Virus record (IMG/VR): IMGVR_UViG_3300021255_000003
Direction: 5' to 3' (one strand)
DNA from: a virus
DNA: 35,428 bases
Part shown: piece after piece, positions 25,032-32,591 of the stretch
Position numbering within the stretch: position 1 is the stretch's first letter
How the letters are laid out: every line of letters starts with the position of its first letter
Position numbers and translations under genes: made by a program
The notes under the pieces: model-generated
Told to the model about the DNA's origin: nothing
Databases searched by the model: none
Seen by the model: the letters and a program-made list of their open reading frames with translations, nothing else

Positions 25032-26475
25032 TTGCATTCTCCTTATCACCCATACCATAGAAATCTATTCCTTCAGGTGTAATTATTTTATTATCTTCTT
25101 TTATTTTTTCTATCTCATCTGTTACTTCTGCTTCTTCATAATGTAAATATTTAGTCATGAACTTTTCTTTACTTATTAAACCAGCATTATATAGATTAAT
25201 TCCACGATTAATTAGTGCTTCCTCATCTTGTATAATACTATCATCAAATGTAATAGATATTTCTTTATACTTAATACCTTCCATTTCACATATAGTTGCT
25301 ATTAAATCATATAAAGCATTGTATATTGGAATTTGGTGTTGAGATTTAGTCCTAAATGTATCACTATTTTCACTAACTACTTCAGTAGCAGTTTTTAATC
25401 CATCTTTATCAAATGAATAAAAATCATTACCTAATCTTACACCAGCACTTAAGTATTTTAATTCAGTATTAATGGCTTCTATATATTCATTTCTTAGACT
25501 AAAGTCTATTTCTTTTACTGGTTGATTTTCCATTCCTTCTAGTGCTACATATATGTCATCAGAGGTATCAAAATAACTAGCATAAATGATATTGTTGTTA
25601 TCATCTACTCCTGTAGCTTTCTTTTTAACCGCACTTCTATCTACTAATATTCTTCTTCTACCACTTACATATTCGTGGTCAAATCCATCATATTTAATAT
25701 CTATTGCTTTAAATTTATCTAAATGATTAGCAAGTATTGATAATCCCATTGGGCTACCTGTATCAAAGTTATTTGCTATTGGTAATCTCCATACTTGGAA
25801 TCTTGGATGTTCTGTTTCTATTACTTCATCTTCTTCAATATCAGGATATAATGTAGAAACATCTATTGCTTTTCCTAATGTATTTTCACTTTTTGATTTA
25901 TATAATTCAGTTGCTTTTTTATATTCTCCATTATCATATTCATGATAAGTTAGTAATGTATAATATATTTTCTTATTTTCAGTACCTTCTACTGTTCGTG
26001 ATACTGTTATTATTCCATTTATATACGAATTAGTATATTTATATGGTAAAACAACATCTCCATCTATATAATCTACAATTGTTTTGTCATCCTTTTTATA
26101 TTCAACAGTAACCATCGTACCGTAGGCATATTCTTTTTCTAGAAATGGTAAAAAATTAGTACTAAAACTATTTTCTTTACTATCTAACACATCCCATAAC
26201 TTTTTAGTATTCTTTTTGTTGTCTAATTTTATTTCTGCTCTTTCACTCCATAATAGATTAGAAAAATCTTCACATATTTTCTTTGGCATATTTAAAGTTT
26301 TTCTTTCAACTAAACATTCCTTACCATCAACCAATTTAGCCTTATAGTAGTGAAAATCATTTACACTACCTCTGTAATATTGGTGACAAATTGCCATCAT
26401 ATCATATATAGTTCCTACTACTACGTTGATATTTTTTTTACTTAGTACTTGTTGAATATTATTGTATAGTTCCTT
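25012..26475 (-). CDS. Portal protein (SPP1 gp6-like); proposed AAG start at 26475 (track ORF starts at ATG 26400)
   Basis: The frame is open from TGA at 26505-26503. Strong SD AAAGGTGGTG plus 5 nt leads to AAG. No ATG/GTG/TTG for 25 codons. TAAAG overlap with the upstream stop. Confidence 0.75.
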   Translation of the reverse strand, partial: KELYNNIQQVLSKKNINVVVGTIYDMMAICHQYYRGSVNDFHYYKAKLVDGKECLVERKTLNMPKKICEDFSNLLWSERAEIKLDNKKNTKKLWDVLDSKENSFSTNFLPFLEKEYAYGTMVTVEYKKDDKTIVDYIDGDVVLPYKYTNSYINGIITVSRTVEGTENKKIYYTLLTYHEYDNGEYKKATELYKSKSENTLGKAIDVSTLYPDIEEDEVIETEHPRFQVWRLPIANNFDTGSPMGLSILANHLDKFKAIDIKYDGFDHEYVSGRRRILVDRSAVKKKATGVDDNNNIIYASYFDTSDDIYVALEGMENQPVKEIDFSLRNEYIEAINTELKYLSAGVRLGNDFYSFDKDGLKTATEVVSENSDTFRTKSQHQIPIYNALYDLIATICEMEGIKYKEISITFDDSIIQDEEALINRGINLYNAGLISKEKFMTKYLHYEEAEVTDEIEKIKEDNKIITPEGIDFYGMGDKENANELQNE

Positions 26476-26666
26476 TAAATCACCACCTTTTGAATTGTTA
26501 TTTCAGGAACAGAATCAATACTACCTGAAAAATCAATTGCTTTGACGCCTTTAACTAGGTTCCCTTTTTCAAAAACTTCAATTTTTTTGTCATTTACTAT
26601 AATAACTAAATCGCTATCAACAAACTTCTTTGCAATTTCAGTTACTTTCTCCAAAGTTTCTAACAT
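26475..26666 (-). CDS. Small hypothetical protein between terL and portal
   Basis: Track ORF. SD AAAGGAG plus 7 nt, then ATG. Confidence 0.65.
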   Translation of the reverse strand: MLETLEKVTEIAKKFVDSDLVIIVNDKKIEVFEKGNLVKGVKAIDFSGSIDSVPEITIQKVVI

Positions 26667-26670
26667 ATTA

Positions 26671-28035
26671 TCACTCCTTTATACCTAATTTTCTTAAATT
26701 ATCTTTTACCCAATATTGGTATAAATCACAAGTATGATCTGCATAGTAATAACTTATATCATTTGAATAAGTGTTAAAGTATTCTTCTCCACCTGTAAAT
26801 TCCTTTTCATTTTTATCAGGTATAGGTTTACCCTTTTCAACACTACCTTCTAACCATTGATAATTTTCTATTTCTTTTTTTACTATTTTGTTATTATTGT
26901 TATTAATTATTCTTATTTTGCCTTTGCTTAAAAAAGTTATTGAATAATCTACTAATTCTTCTTTGTCTCTACCTTTATTTACAGGATTAAATCTCTTACC
27001 ATAATCCGAATATAATTGATTTCTTAATGCTCCTTCAGCACTATCTATTGTTTCTCTATCAAGACTAGTTTTATATTTTTTTAACATCGCTATTTCAAAA
27101 TTGAATATATCTTTGGATAATTCCGATGGTGCTCTCTTTTTTGATTTTTCGTGTGGACTATAGTAATAGGTGTCTAACCAATACCAATATCCATCACTTC
27201 CATAGCCGAAACATCCGCATGTGGTAGCACTTGTTTGATGACCACCATCAGCTGAAAAGTCCATATATAATATCCGTACGTTGTTTTTATCTATATAATC
27301 TTCTTCTACCCATTCAAATTGTTCAGGATTATATATCATTCCTTCTAATCCTATTACTTCACCTAAATATATCCATCTATATCTTTTAATATCAAATTGT
27401 TTTATTCTTTCAGCCTCTTCAATTGCGATTCTTCCTATCCATTCTACAGGAACAGTTCTATAGTCACTTAAAGAATATAAAACATTATCTTGTTTTTGTT
27501 TTTCAATAGCCCATTTATTAACCCAATGATATTTATTCTTTGGTGGATTATATGAATATAAAGCCATAAACCAATCATTATTTCCACGTGTAAATGTTGC
27601 TATAATTTGGTCTATATCTTCTGAATTTTTCCATCCTGTCAATTCTTCAAACCAAACTATTTTTATTAATTTGTTTTCATCAATTGTTCCTTTTACTGCT
27701 TCATAATCGTCTCCACCAGCAAAATATATTGTGTTTCCATTAGAAAAAAAAGTTATTTCCATTGGTGCTAATTTTGCTTTATAGTGTATGTTTTCAATTA
27801 ATCCTAATCTTCTGCAGGCTCTTTTAATTTCTTTGTATACTGATTTTCTTAAATCTACTTGGTGTTTTCTTAATACTACTGCAGAACAGTCATTTTCTTT
27901 TATGCAGTTGTATACTATCTTTAAAGAAATCATAGATGTTTTAGTTGAATTTCTTCCTCCTGCATATATCTGATGTGTTTTGTGACTTTTAAATGTTCTT
28001 CTAAAAGAAGGAGCTATTTGAGTACTAATCTTCAT
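26671..28035 (-). CDS. terL: Terminase large subunit (PBSX/Terminase_3 family)
   Basis: N-terminal ATPase pattern (YAGGRNSTKTS Walker A-like). Size and position fit. Confidence 0.9.
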   Translation of the reverse strand: MKISTQIAPSFRRTFKSHKTHQIYAGGRNSTKTSMISLKIVYNCIKENDCSAVVLRKHQVDLRKSVYKEIKRACRRLGLIENIHYKAKLAPMEITFFSNGNTIYFAGGDDYEAVKGTIDENKLIKIVWFEELTGWKNSEDIDQIIATFTRGNNDWFMALYSYNPPKNKYHWVNKWAIEKQKQDNVLYSLSDYRTVPVEWIGRIAIEEAERIKQFDIKRYRWIYLGEVIGLEGMIYNPEQFEWVEEDYIDKNNVRILYMDFSADGGHQTSATTCGCFGYGSDGYWYWLDTYYYSPHEKSKKRAPSELSKDIFNFEIAMLKKYKTSLDRETIDSAEGALRNQLYSDYGKRFNPVNKGRDKEELVDYSITFLSKGKIRIINNNNNKIVKKEIENYQWLEGSVEKGKPIPDKNEKEFTGGEEYFNTYSNDISYYYADHTCDLYQYWVKDNLRKLGIKE

Positions 28036-28417
28036 CTGCTTCAGGTAAATCGTCTATGATTTCAACTCTATTATTAACGGTGCCATCAAATTCTTGTTTA
28101 GTGCTAAATTCATCTTTGGCTTTTCTCTCTAAATACCATTTAGCCATTTCTTTGTCTCCTTTATCTAGAGCTTTATGAACAGCCATTCTTGCCTTTATTT
28201 TTTCGTATTCTTTTAGCATATTAATTCTCTCTAAAAATTCAGGGTATTCAGCTAAATATGCATAAAAAGTAGATTCACGAACATCGGCAAAAAAACACGC
28301 TTCACGATTAGTACACCCCATCATAAAAGCTTCTTCTAATTTTTGTAGTTCTTTTTCTCCTATTGCTCTTGGTCTACCTACTTGATTTCCATTATCTTTT
28401 TTCTTTTTTCTTTTCTT
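28025..28417 (-). CDS. terS: Terminase small subunit; start ambiguous (AAG at 28417 after SD GAAGGTGG, or GTG at 28426 inside the SD)
   Basis: Basic N-terminus plus HTH-like GRPRAIGEKELQKLEEAFMMGCTNREA. Overlaps the terL start. Confidence 0.75.
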   Translation of the reverse strand, partial: KKRKKKKDNGNQVGRPRAIGEKELQKLEEAFMMGCTNREACFFADVRESTFYAYLAEYPEFLERINMLKEYEKIKARMAVHKALDKGDKEMAKWYLERKAKDEFSTKQEFDGTVNNRVEIIDDLPEADED

Positions 28418-28440
28418 TGATACCACCTTCTTACTTTAAA

Positions 28441-28514
28441 TGGTAGCGGATGTTGGATTTGCACCACTCCACAGGCTAAAGAGACCTGTATGCTACTATT
28501 ACACTACACCCGCG
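28441..28514 (-). tRNA. Initiator-tRNA-like gene with anticodon CUU (non-canonical T and D arms), encoded ACCA 3' end
   Basis: 5'-CGCGGGUGUAGUGUAAUAGUAGCAUACAGGUCUCUUUAGCCUGUGGAGUGGUGCAAAUCCAACAUCCGCUACCA-3'. 7 acceptor pairs plus a C1xU72 mismatch. Anticodon arm CAGGU-CUCUUUA-GCCUG. Hand-folded only. Confidence 0.5.
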
Positions 28515-28541
28515 ATAAATAAAACTGCCTAATATAGGCAG
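28515..28541 (-). terminator. Rho-independent terminator (CTGCCTA-TAT-TAGGCAG plus TTTTATTT)
   Basis: Perfect 7-bp stem. The U-tract ends at the first base of the tRNA-like gene. Confidence 0.7.
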
Positions 28542-28694
28542 CCCACTAAGAAAAACAATTGTTTATATTCCCTAATCCACATCAAGAATATTTGCCTTGC
28601 ACCAGTAAAGGATAGATATAGTTATTATTTAATTCTTTCTGCATTCTAATAAAGGAGGTGCGTTTTGAAAGAATACTATAGCAAGGTTCCCACT

Positions 28695-28721
28695 AAAAAA
28701 AGTGCTATTAAGCACCTTTTT
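28695..28721. terminator. Weak bidirectional terminator-like hairpin (GTGCT-ATTA-AGCAC flanked by A7/T5)
   Basis: Lies about 60 nt downstream of the sigma-like gene stop. Confidence 0.4.
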
Positions 28722-28778
28722 CGTAACTATTCCATTTTACACATTATAGCATGTTAGAGGTGTAATAAAAGTGTAATG

Positions 28779-29192
28779 TTATAGTTTTTTTGCAATTTCT
28801 CTATTTATTTGTTTTATCCTATCTATTCCATATCCTAACCTCTCAGCTGTCTGTCTATTAGATAGTCCTAACATGTATCTACACTTGAATACATTTAATT
28901 CTAAATTATTCATATTAGTTATGCTTTTGTATATATCATCTATATAATTTACTATTATATTTTTTTCCTCTATAAGCAATTTTCTATCTTTGTCTAAATT
29001 TTCAACTTTAGCAAAAGCTTGTAAATATTTATCTTCTGTTATACCTACAATTTCTAATTTAATATCAGAATAACTGGATCCTTTTAAATCTAATTTTTTA
29101 TGTATTATAAATTCTATTCTTTCTGTTAATTCTTTTATGGTTCTATCAATTATTATTTTTTCATCTATTTGCTTTTTTAATTGCTTATACAT
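28779..29192 (-). CDS. Late transcriptional regulator (sigma-70 region-4 / ArpU-RinA-like)
   Basis: C-terminal LNVFKCRYMLGLSNRQTAERLGYGIDRIKQINREIAKKL is a region-4 HTH. It is the last gene before the packaging module. Confidence 0.7.
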   Translation of the reverse strand: MYKQLKKQIDEKIIIDRTIKELTERIEFIIHKKLDLKGSSYSDIKLEIVGITEDKYLQAFAKVENLDKDRKLLIEEKNIIVNYIDDIYKSITNMNNLELNVFKCRYMLGLSNRQTAERLGYGIDRIKQINREIAKKL

Positions 29193-29421
29193 TTAATTCC
29201 CAAACCTTTTCTATTAAATTAAACATTTCTAAATTTCTTATGGCTCTTGAGTTATAATAAAAACATTGCCCTTTTGAAAAATATATTAATGAATTATTTA
29301 AAAATATGTTTTCAGGAGGAATTTTACTTTTTTTTATTTTTCCCTCTGTTATATTTCCATTTTTCCAATATATTTTATATTCAAAATCATATGTTTTCTT
29401 TTTCTTTTTAGTCTTCAACAT
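29185..29421 (-). CDS. Hypothetical early protein
   Basis: Track ORF. Its start lies in the repeated junction GGTGAAATAGATGTTGAAGA. Confidence 0.55.
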   Translation of the reverse strand: MLKTKKKKKTYDFEYKIYWKNGNITEGKIKKSKIPPENIFLNNSLIYFSKGQCFYYNSRAIRNLEMFNLIEKVWELNV

Positions 29422-29575
29422 CTATTTCACCTACCTTTTCTAACATATGGCTTTTTTTTATAGCACCACATTTACATACATAAAATTCATCCCAACCTTC
29501 TGCATATAAACTTTCGTTCATTACACTTTTCCATTTGTGTTTATGTTCAAATAATTTTTTAATTATCTTCAACAT
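29408..29575 (-). CDS. Small hypothetical protein (55 aa, ends ...MLEKVGEIDVED)
   Basis: Hand-translated. Its start lies in the second copy of the junction repeat. Below the track cutoff. Confidence 0.45.
   Translation of the reverse strand: MLKIIKKLFEHKHKWKSVMNESLYAEGWDEFYVCKCGAIKKSHMLEKVGEIDVED
29412..29433. repeat. Gene-junction repeat, 22-mer tcttcaacatctatttcaccta (copy 1)
   Basis: Identical to 29566-29587. Confidence 0.9.
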
Positions 29576-29897
29576 CTATTTCACCTAACATTCTTAAAAC
29601 AAATTTATCTCTTTCATTCCATTCTTTTGCTCTTTTTTTATTTTCTGGAATATTGTTTAAATATTCTGCATATTCTTTTGCTTTATCAAAAGTTTTAAAT
29701 CTTTCTAGTTCACTTTTATAAATTAATCTCTCATCATTATTGTAATCTGATACATTGATATAATATTGTAATTCTTCATCACAACTACTTGCTCCAACAC
29801 CAATAATATGAGTTATTCTAGGAAAATAAATAAAATCATGGCAATCTACTATATAATATTCTTTTTCAAATATCTCACTCAAATTCATTTGTTTCAC
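29559..29897 (-). CDS. Hypothetical early protein (ends ...LRMLGEIDVEDN)
   Basis: Track ORF. Confidence 0.6.
   Translation of the reverse strand: MKQMNLSEIFEKEYYIVDCHDFIYFPRITHIIGVGASSCDEELQYYINVSDYNNDERLIYKSELERFKTFDKAKEYAEYLNNIPENKKRAKEWNERDKFVLRMLGEIDVEDN
29566..29597. repeat. Gene-junction repeat: copy 2 of the 22-mer, overlapping copy 1 of the 19-mer tttcacctaacattcttaa
   Basis: 29566-29587 equals 29412-29433. 29579-29597 equals 29892-29910. Confidence 0.9.
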
Positions 29898-30207
29898 CTA
29901 ACATTCTTAATAAATCTTCAAAATCTTCTGTTGTTAAATAATAATTTTCTTCATTATGAAATCTTGCTATTTTTATTTTTAATAAATTAACAACATCATC
30001 TTTTTCTTTCTTTAATTGTTGGTTTTCTTTAATTAATTTCGCATTTTCAACTACTAAATATGCTATTGCATTTTTTGATGTATTTTCATTTAATTTTGTA
30101 TTTGTAAATAAATTAATATTTTGTTTCGCTTCTTCCATTTTTGCATAAAATTCTTTTGATAATTGTTGTTTTTTATTATCTATTAATTTACTTTCATAAT
30201 TATTCAT
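29875..30207 (-). CDS. Hypothetical coiled-coil early protein (ends ...LRMLGETNEFE)
   Basis: Track ORF. The likely start is ATG at 30207 in the junction repeat. Confidence 0.6.
   Translation of the reverse strand: MNNYESKLIDNKKQQLSKEFYAKMEEAKQNINLFTNTKLNENTSKNAIAYLVVENAKLIKENQQLKKEKDDVVNLLKIKIARFHNEENYYLTTEDFEDLLRMLGETNEFE
29892..29910. repeat. Gene-junction repeat, 19-mer copy 2
   Basis: Identical to 29579-29597. Confidence 0.9.
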
Positions 30208-30655
30208 CACTATCACCTTTTAATATATCTGATACTCTATTTATTTTACATTTTACTTCTCCAAAATCCATATTTTCTAAATTGTCATAAATATATTTAT
30301 TAATCTCTATTGCTTTATCTCTATTATTTTGTAGTTGTTTATTTTGTCTTAATAAAATTTCATAACTAATATTTGTAATTGTTTTTTCTCGACCGTTTAA
30401 AATCTTCTTTACTAATTTTAATTTTTCATCAACATTATCATTCCATTTATGTCTTTGGTCTAATGCTAAATAGTTTGAAATATATCTTAATGCTTCATTT
30501 TTATTATCTTTTAAATTCTTATTTTCTTTCTTCAATTTATCTATTTCTTTAATTAAGTTGCTAACTGCTTTACTATTTTGAAATTGTTCTATTGAATAAT
30601 CATTGCCTATAAATTTTTTTCTTGTTATTTCTTCATATCTTTTTAAATTATTCAT
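30200..30655 (-). CDS. Coiled-coil early protein, paralog of 30889-31404
   Basis: Shares QNKQL, NRDKAIEI and the C-terminal LKGDSDE. The likely start is ATG at 30655. Confidence 0.6.
   Translation of the reverse strand: MNNLKRYEEITRKKFIGNDYSIEQFQNSKAVSNLIKEIDKLKKENKNLKDNKNEALRYISNYLALDQRHKWNDNVDEKLKLVKKILNGREKTITNISYEILLRQNKQLQNNRDKAIEINKYIYDNLENMDFGEVKCKINRVSDILKGDSDE
30202..30223. repeat. Gene-junction repeat, 22-mer attcatcactatcaccttttaa (copy 1)
   Basis: Identical to 30891-30912. A variant lies at 30650-30673. Confidence 0.9.
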
Positions 30656-30896
30656 CACTATCTCTCCTTTTACATAAACCACATAATTCACATATAGGTT
30701 TATTAAAATCATCTGTTATTGTTAGTGTATTGCCATTACAGAATGTACAATATGTAGCATTTCTATCTTTTTTATGTTCTTTTAAATATTTTCTTTTTAA
30801 TTCTCTATTATAACCAAGTCCCATTGGTATACCATTTAAAATCCCAAATCCTTTTTTACTTAATTGTTCAGATGTTATTATAAGAGGCTCATTCAT
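30648..30896 (-). CDS. Small Cys-rich (zinc-ribbon-like) early protein
   Basis: CTFCNG...CELCGLC. The likely start is ATG at 30896. Ends ...RRDSDE. Confidence 0.6.
   Translation of the reverse strand: MNEPLIITSEQLSKKGFGILNGIPMGLGYNRELKRKYLKEHKKDRNATYCTFCNGNTLTITDDFNKPICELCGLCKRRDSDE
30650..30673. repeat. Gene-junction repeat, variant copy (13-bp identical core attcatcactatc)
   Basis: Read directly. Confidence 0.8.
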
Positions 30897-31404
30897 CACT
30901 ATCACCTTTTAATTTTTTAATTACATCATCATAAGTACAATATGAACCTAATAATATTTCAATTGCTTTATCTCTATTTTTTTCTAGTATATTTACTACA
31001 TTTAATAATTGTTTTCTATCTTCTAATAAACTTTCACATTTATTTTTTAGTTGCTTATTTTGATACCTTAAATTATCTATTTTTCTTTTGTTTTCTTTTA
31101 ACATTTCAAAATGTTTCATATTTGCACTAGGATTATCTAATTTTAAAAATTCATTTTCTTTTTCTAGTTGTTCATATTTTTGTAATAAACTATCGTACTT
31201 TTTGCTATCTTTTATACGACTACTACAATCAGTTCTATTACAATAGCATTGTTCTAGTTGTTCTATGTATGATAATAAACTTTCCAATGCCGAATATTTT
31301 ATTTCATAATCATAATCTATTGTAAAAGGTTCAGTATCAGGACTATATGTATTAATTAATTCTTTAAATGTATTTAATAATTCTTCTATCTCTTTATTTT
31401 TCAT
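30889..31404 (-). CDS. Coiled-coil early protein, paralog of 30200-30655
   Basis: Track ORF. Shares motifs with its paralog. Confidence 0.6.
   Translation of the reverse strand: MKNKEIEELLNTFKELINTYSPDTEPFTIDYDYEIKYSALESLLSYIEQLEQCYCNRTDCSSRIKDSKKYDSLLQKYEQLEKENEFLKLDNPSANMKHFEMLKENKRKIDNLRYQNKQLKNKCESLLEDRKQLLNVVNILEKNRDKAIEILLGSYCTYDDVIKKLKGDSDE
30891..30912. repeat. Gene-junction repeat, 22-mer copy 2
   Basis: Identical to 30202-30223. Confidence 0.9.
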
Positions 31405-31636
31405 TATTCCACCCTAATTCTTCTACTTGTTTGTTTATGGCTTGTAGTTCATCTACTTCAATGCTATTTAAAATATCATCATTATAATAAAGTTCGATAC
31501 ATTGTTGTGGTAGATAAAATCTTATAGTTGAATATATAGAAGAACCATCACTAAACTCATATTTATAACCTATGTAATTTGCATTGTTCTCTACTTGTTT
31601 GTATCCTAACTTCTCAAACATCTCTTTAGCACTCAC
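31394..31636 (-). CDS. Hypothetical early protein
   Basis: Track ORF in the packed operon. Confidence 0.6.
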   Translation of the reverse strand: MSAKEMFEKLGYKQVENNANYIGYKYEFSDGSSIYSTIRFYLPQQCIELYYNDDILNSIEVDELQAINKQVEELGWNNEK

Positions 31637-31658
31637 TTTATCATCTCCTTAAATAAAT

Positions 31659-31979
31659 CTAATTCTTTGGCATTTGATATACTGTATCTTTATGTTGTTT
31701 TTTATAACCATCATATTCTTTTGTGTCAGTTGCATATCCCTCTTTATAATAAAAATCATCATTCATACATTGAATTTTATATTGTATTTCATCTAATACT
31801 TCTAACGCTCTTGAATGTAATGTATAAAATCCTAATTCTTCATATTCAGTTTGTTTATCAAAATATCCAACTATTTTATATCCTCTTATAGTTTTGCCAT
31901 CTTCGGTATCAGTAGCAATAGCAATATCATTACATTTAATTAATTTTTCTTTATCTTGACTTCTTATCCATAATTCCAT
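31659..31979 (-). CDS. Hypothetical early protein
   Basis: Track ORF. Confidence 0.6.
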   Translation of the reverse strand: MELWIRSQDKEKLIKCNDIAIATDTEDGKTIRGYKIVGYFDKQTEYEELGFYTLHSRALEVLDEIQYKIQCMNDDFYYKEGYATDTKEYDGYKKQHKDTVYQMPKN

Positions 31980-31992
31980 AATCTATTTACAC

Positions 31993-32181
31993 CTAACTTT
32001 CTAATAATATATTACTTAGTCTTTTGTACTCATCTTCTTCTATTTGTTCTAACTCATTTAAAAATTTAAGTGAAATATACCATTTTTTATTAAAATCACT
32101 ATATTTTAAATATTCAATATCATTAATATTAACAATGTAATCATTATCTACACCAATAATTTCTAACATTTTCATAATCAA
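31993..32181 (-). CDS. Hypothetical early protein
   Basis: Track ORF. Confidence 0.55.
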   Translation of the reverse strand: MIMKMLEIIGVDNDYIVNINDIEYLKYSDFNKKWYISLKFLNELEQIEEDEYKRLSNILLES

Positions 32182-32582
32182 TTCACTTCACTTTCTACCT
32201 TATACTCCATTTGTTCAAACATTTCTTTTGTTAAAACTGATTTTATTTTAATATCATATCTTGATAAATCTTCTAAAAATACATATTGTTCAGTATATAG
32301 TTTTATATATAATTTATTATCTTCATTTTCTATTACTTGTGTTATCTCTTCTTGGAATAAATCTTTTTCTCTACCAATAGGATAAATAATTTTTAGCAAG
32401 TCATTTTTTGCTATTAAATCTATTATGTTTGGTCTTGATTTGATAATAGTTCCATATACATATGGTTCAGTATTACAAACTTCTATATCTCCAAAACCTA
32501 AATTTTCTTTCATAACACTTGATACTTTTCCAATTTCACCTTTGTCAGTTCTTACATAATCTCCAATTCCCAATATAATCAC
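32178..32582 (-). CDS. Hypothetical early protein (start uncertain)
   Basis: Track ORF. The GTG at 32582 is only 1 nt after GGAG; a TTG at 32573 is an alternative. Confidence 0.55.
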   Translation of the reverse strand: MIILGIGDYVRTDKGEIGKVSSVMKENLGFGDIEVCNTEPYVYGTIIKSRPNIIDLIAKNDLLKIIYPIGREKDLFQEEITQVIENEDNKLYIKLYTEQYVFLEDLSRYDIKIKSVLTKEMFEQMEYKVESEVN

Positions 32583-32591
32583 TCTCCTAAT

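Noticed and set aside
28477-28483. Quadruplet (AAAG) decoding by a CUUU anticodon, to explain the two apparent +1 shifts
   Set aside because: The loop is 7 nt when the U.G pair closes it (9 nt if that pair is open), not the 8 nt typical of frameshift suppressors. The portal and tail cases need no frameshift at all, so initiation at AAG explains more sites with fewer assumptions.
28441-28514. Ordinary elongator tRNA-Lys(CUU) carried for codon supplementation
   Set aside because: This is the mundane alternative and is not excluded. However, the acceptor end (CGCGGG, 1x72 mismatch, A73) and the loop context (CUC.U.A) resemble initiator tRNA rather than tRNA-Lys. Position 37 is U, and the T and D arms are atypical for an EF-Tu substrate.
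28665-28757. Plus-strand 30-aa ORF with a perfect SD (AAAGGAGGTG plus TTG)
   Set aside because: It is isolated on the opposite strand within the late-promoter/terminator region. It contains the terminator hairpin and shows no sign of conservation. The SD-like string may be coincidental or part of an RNA structure.
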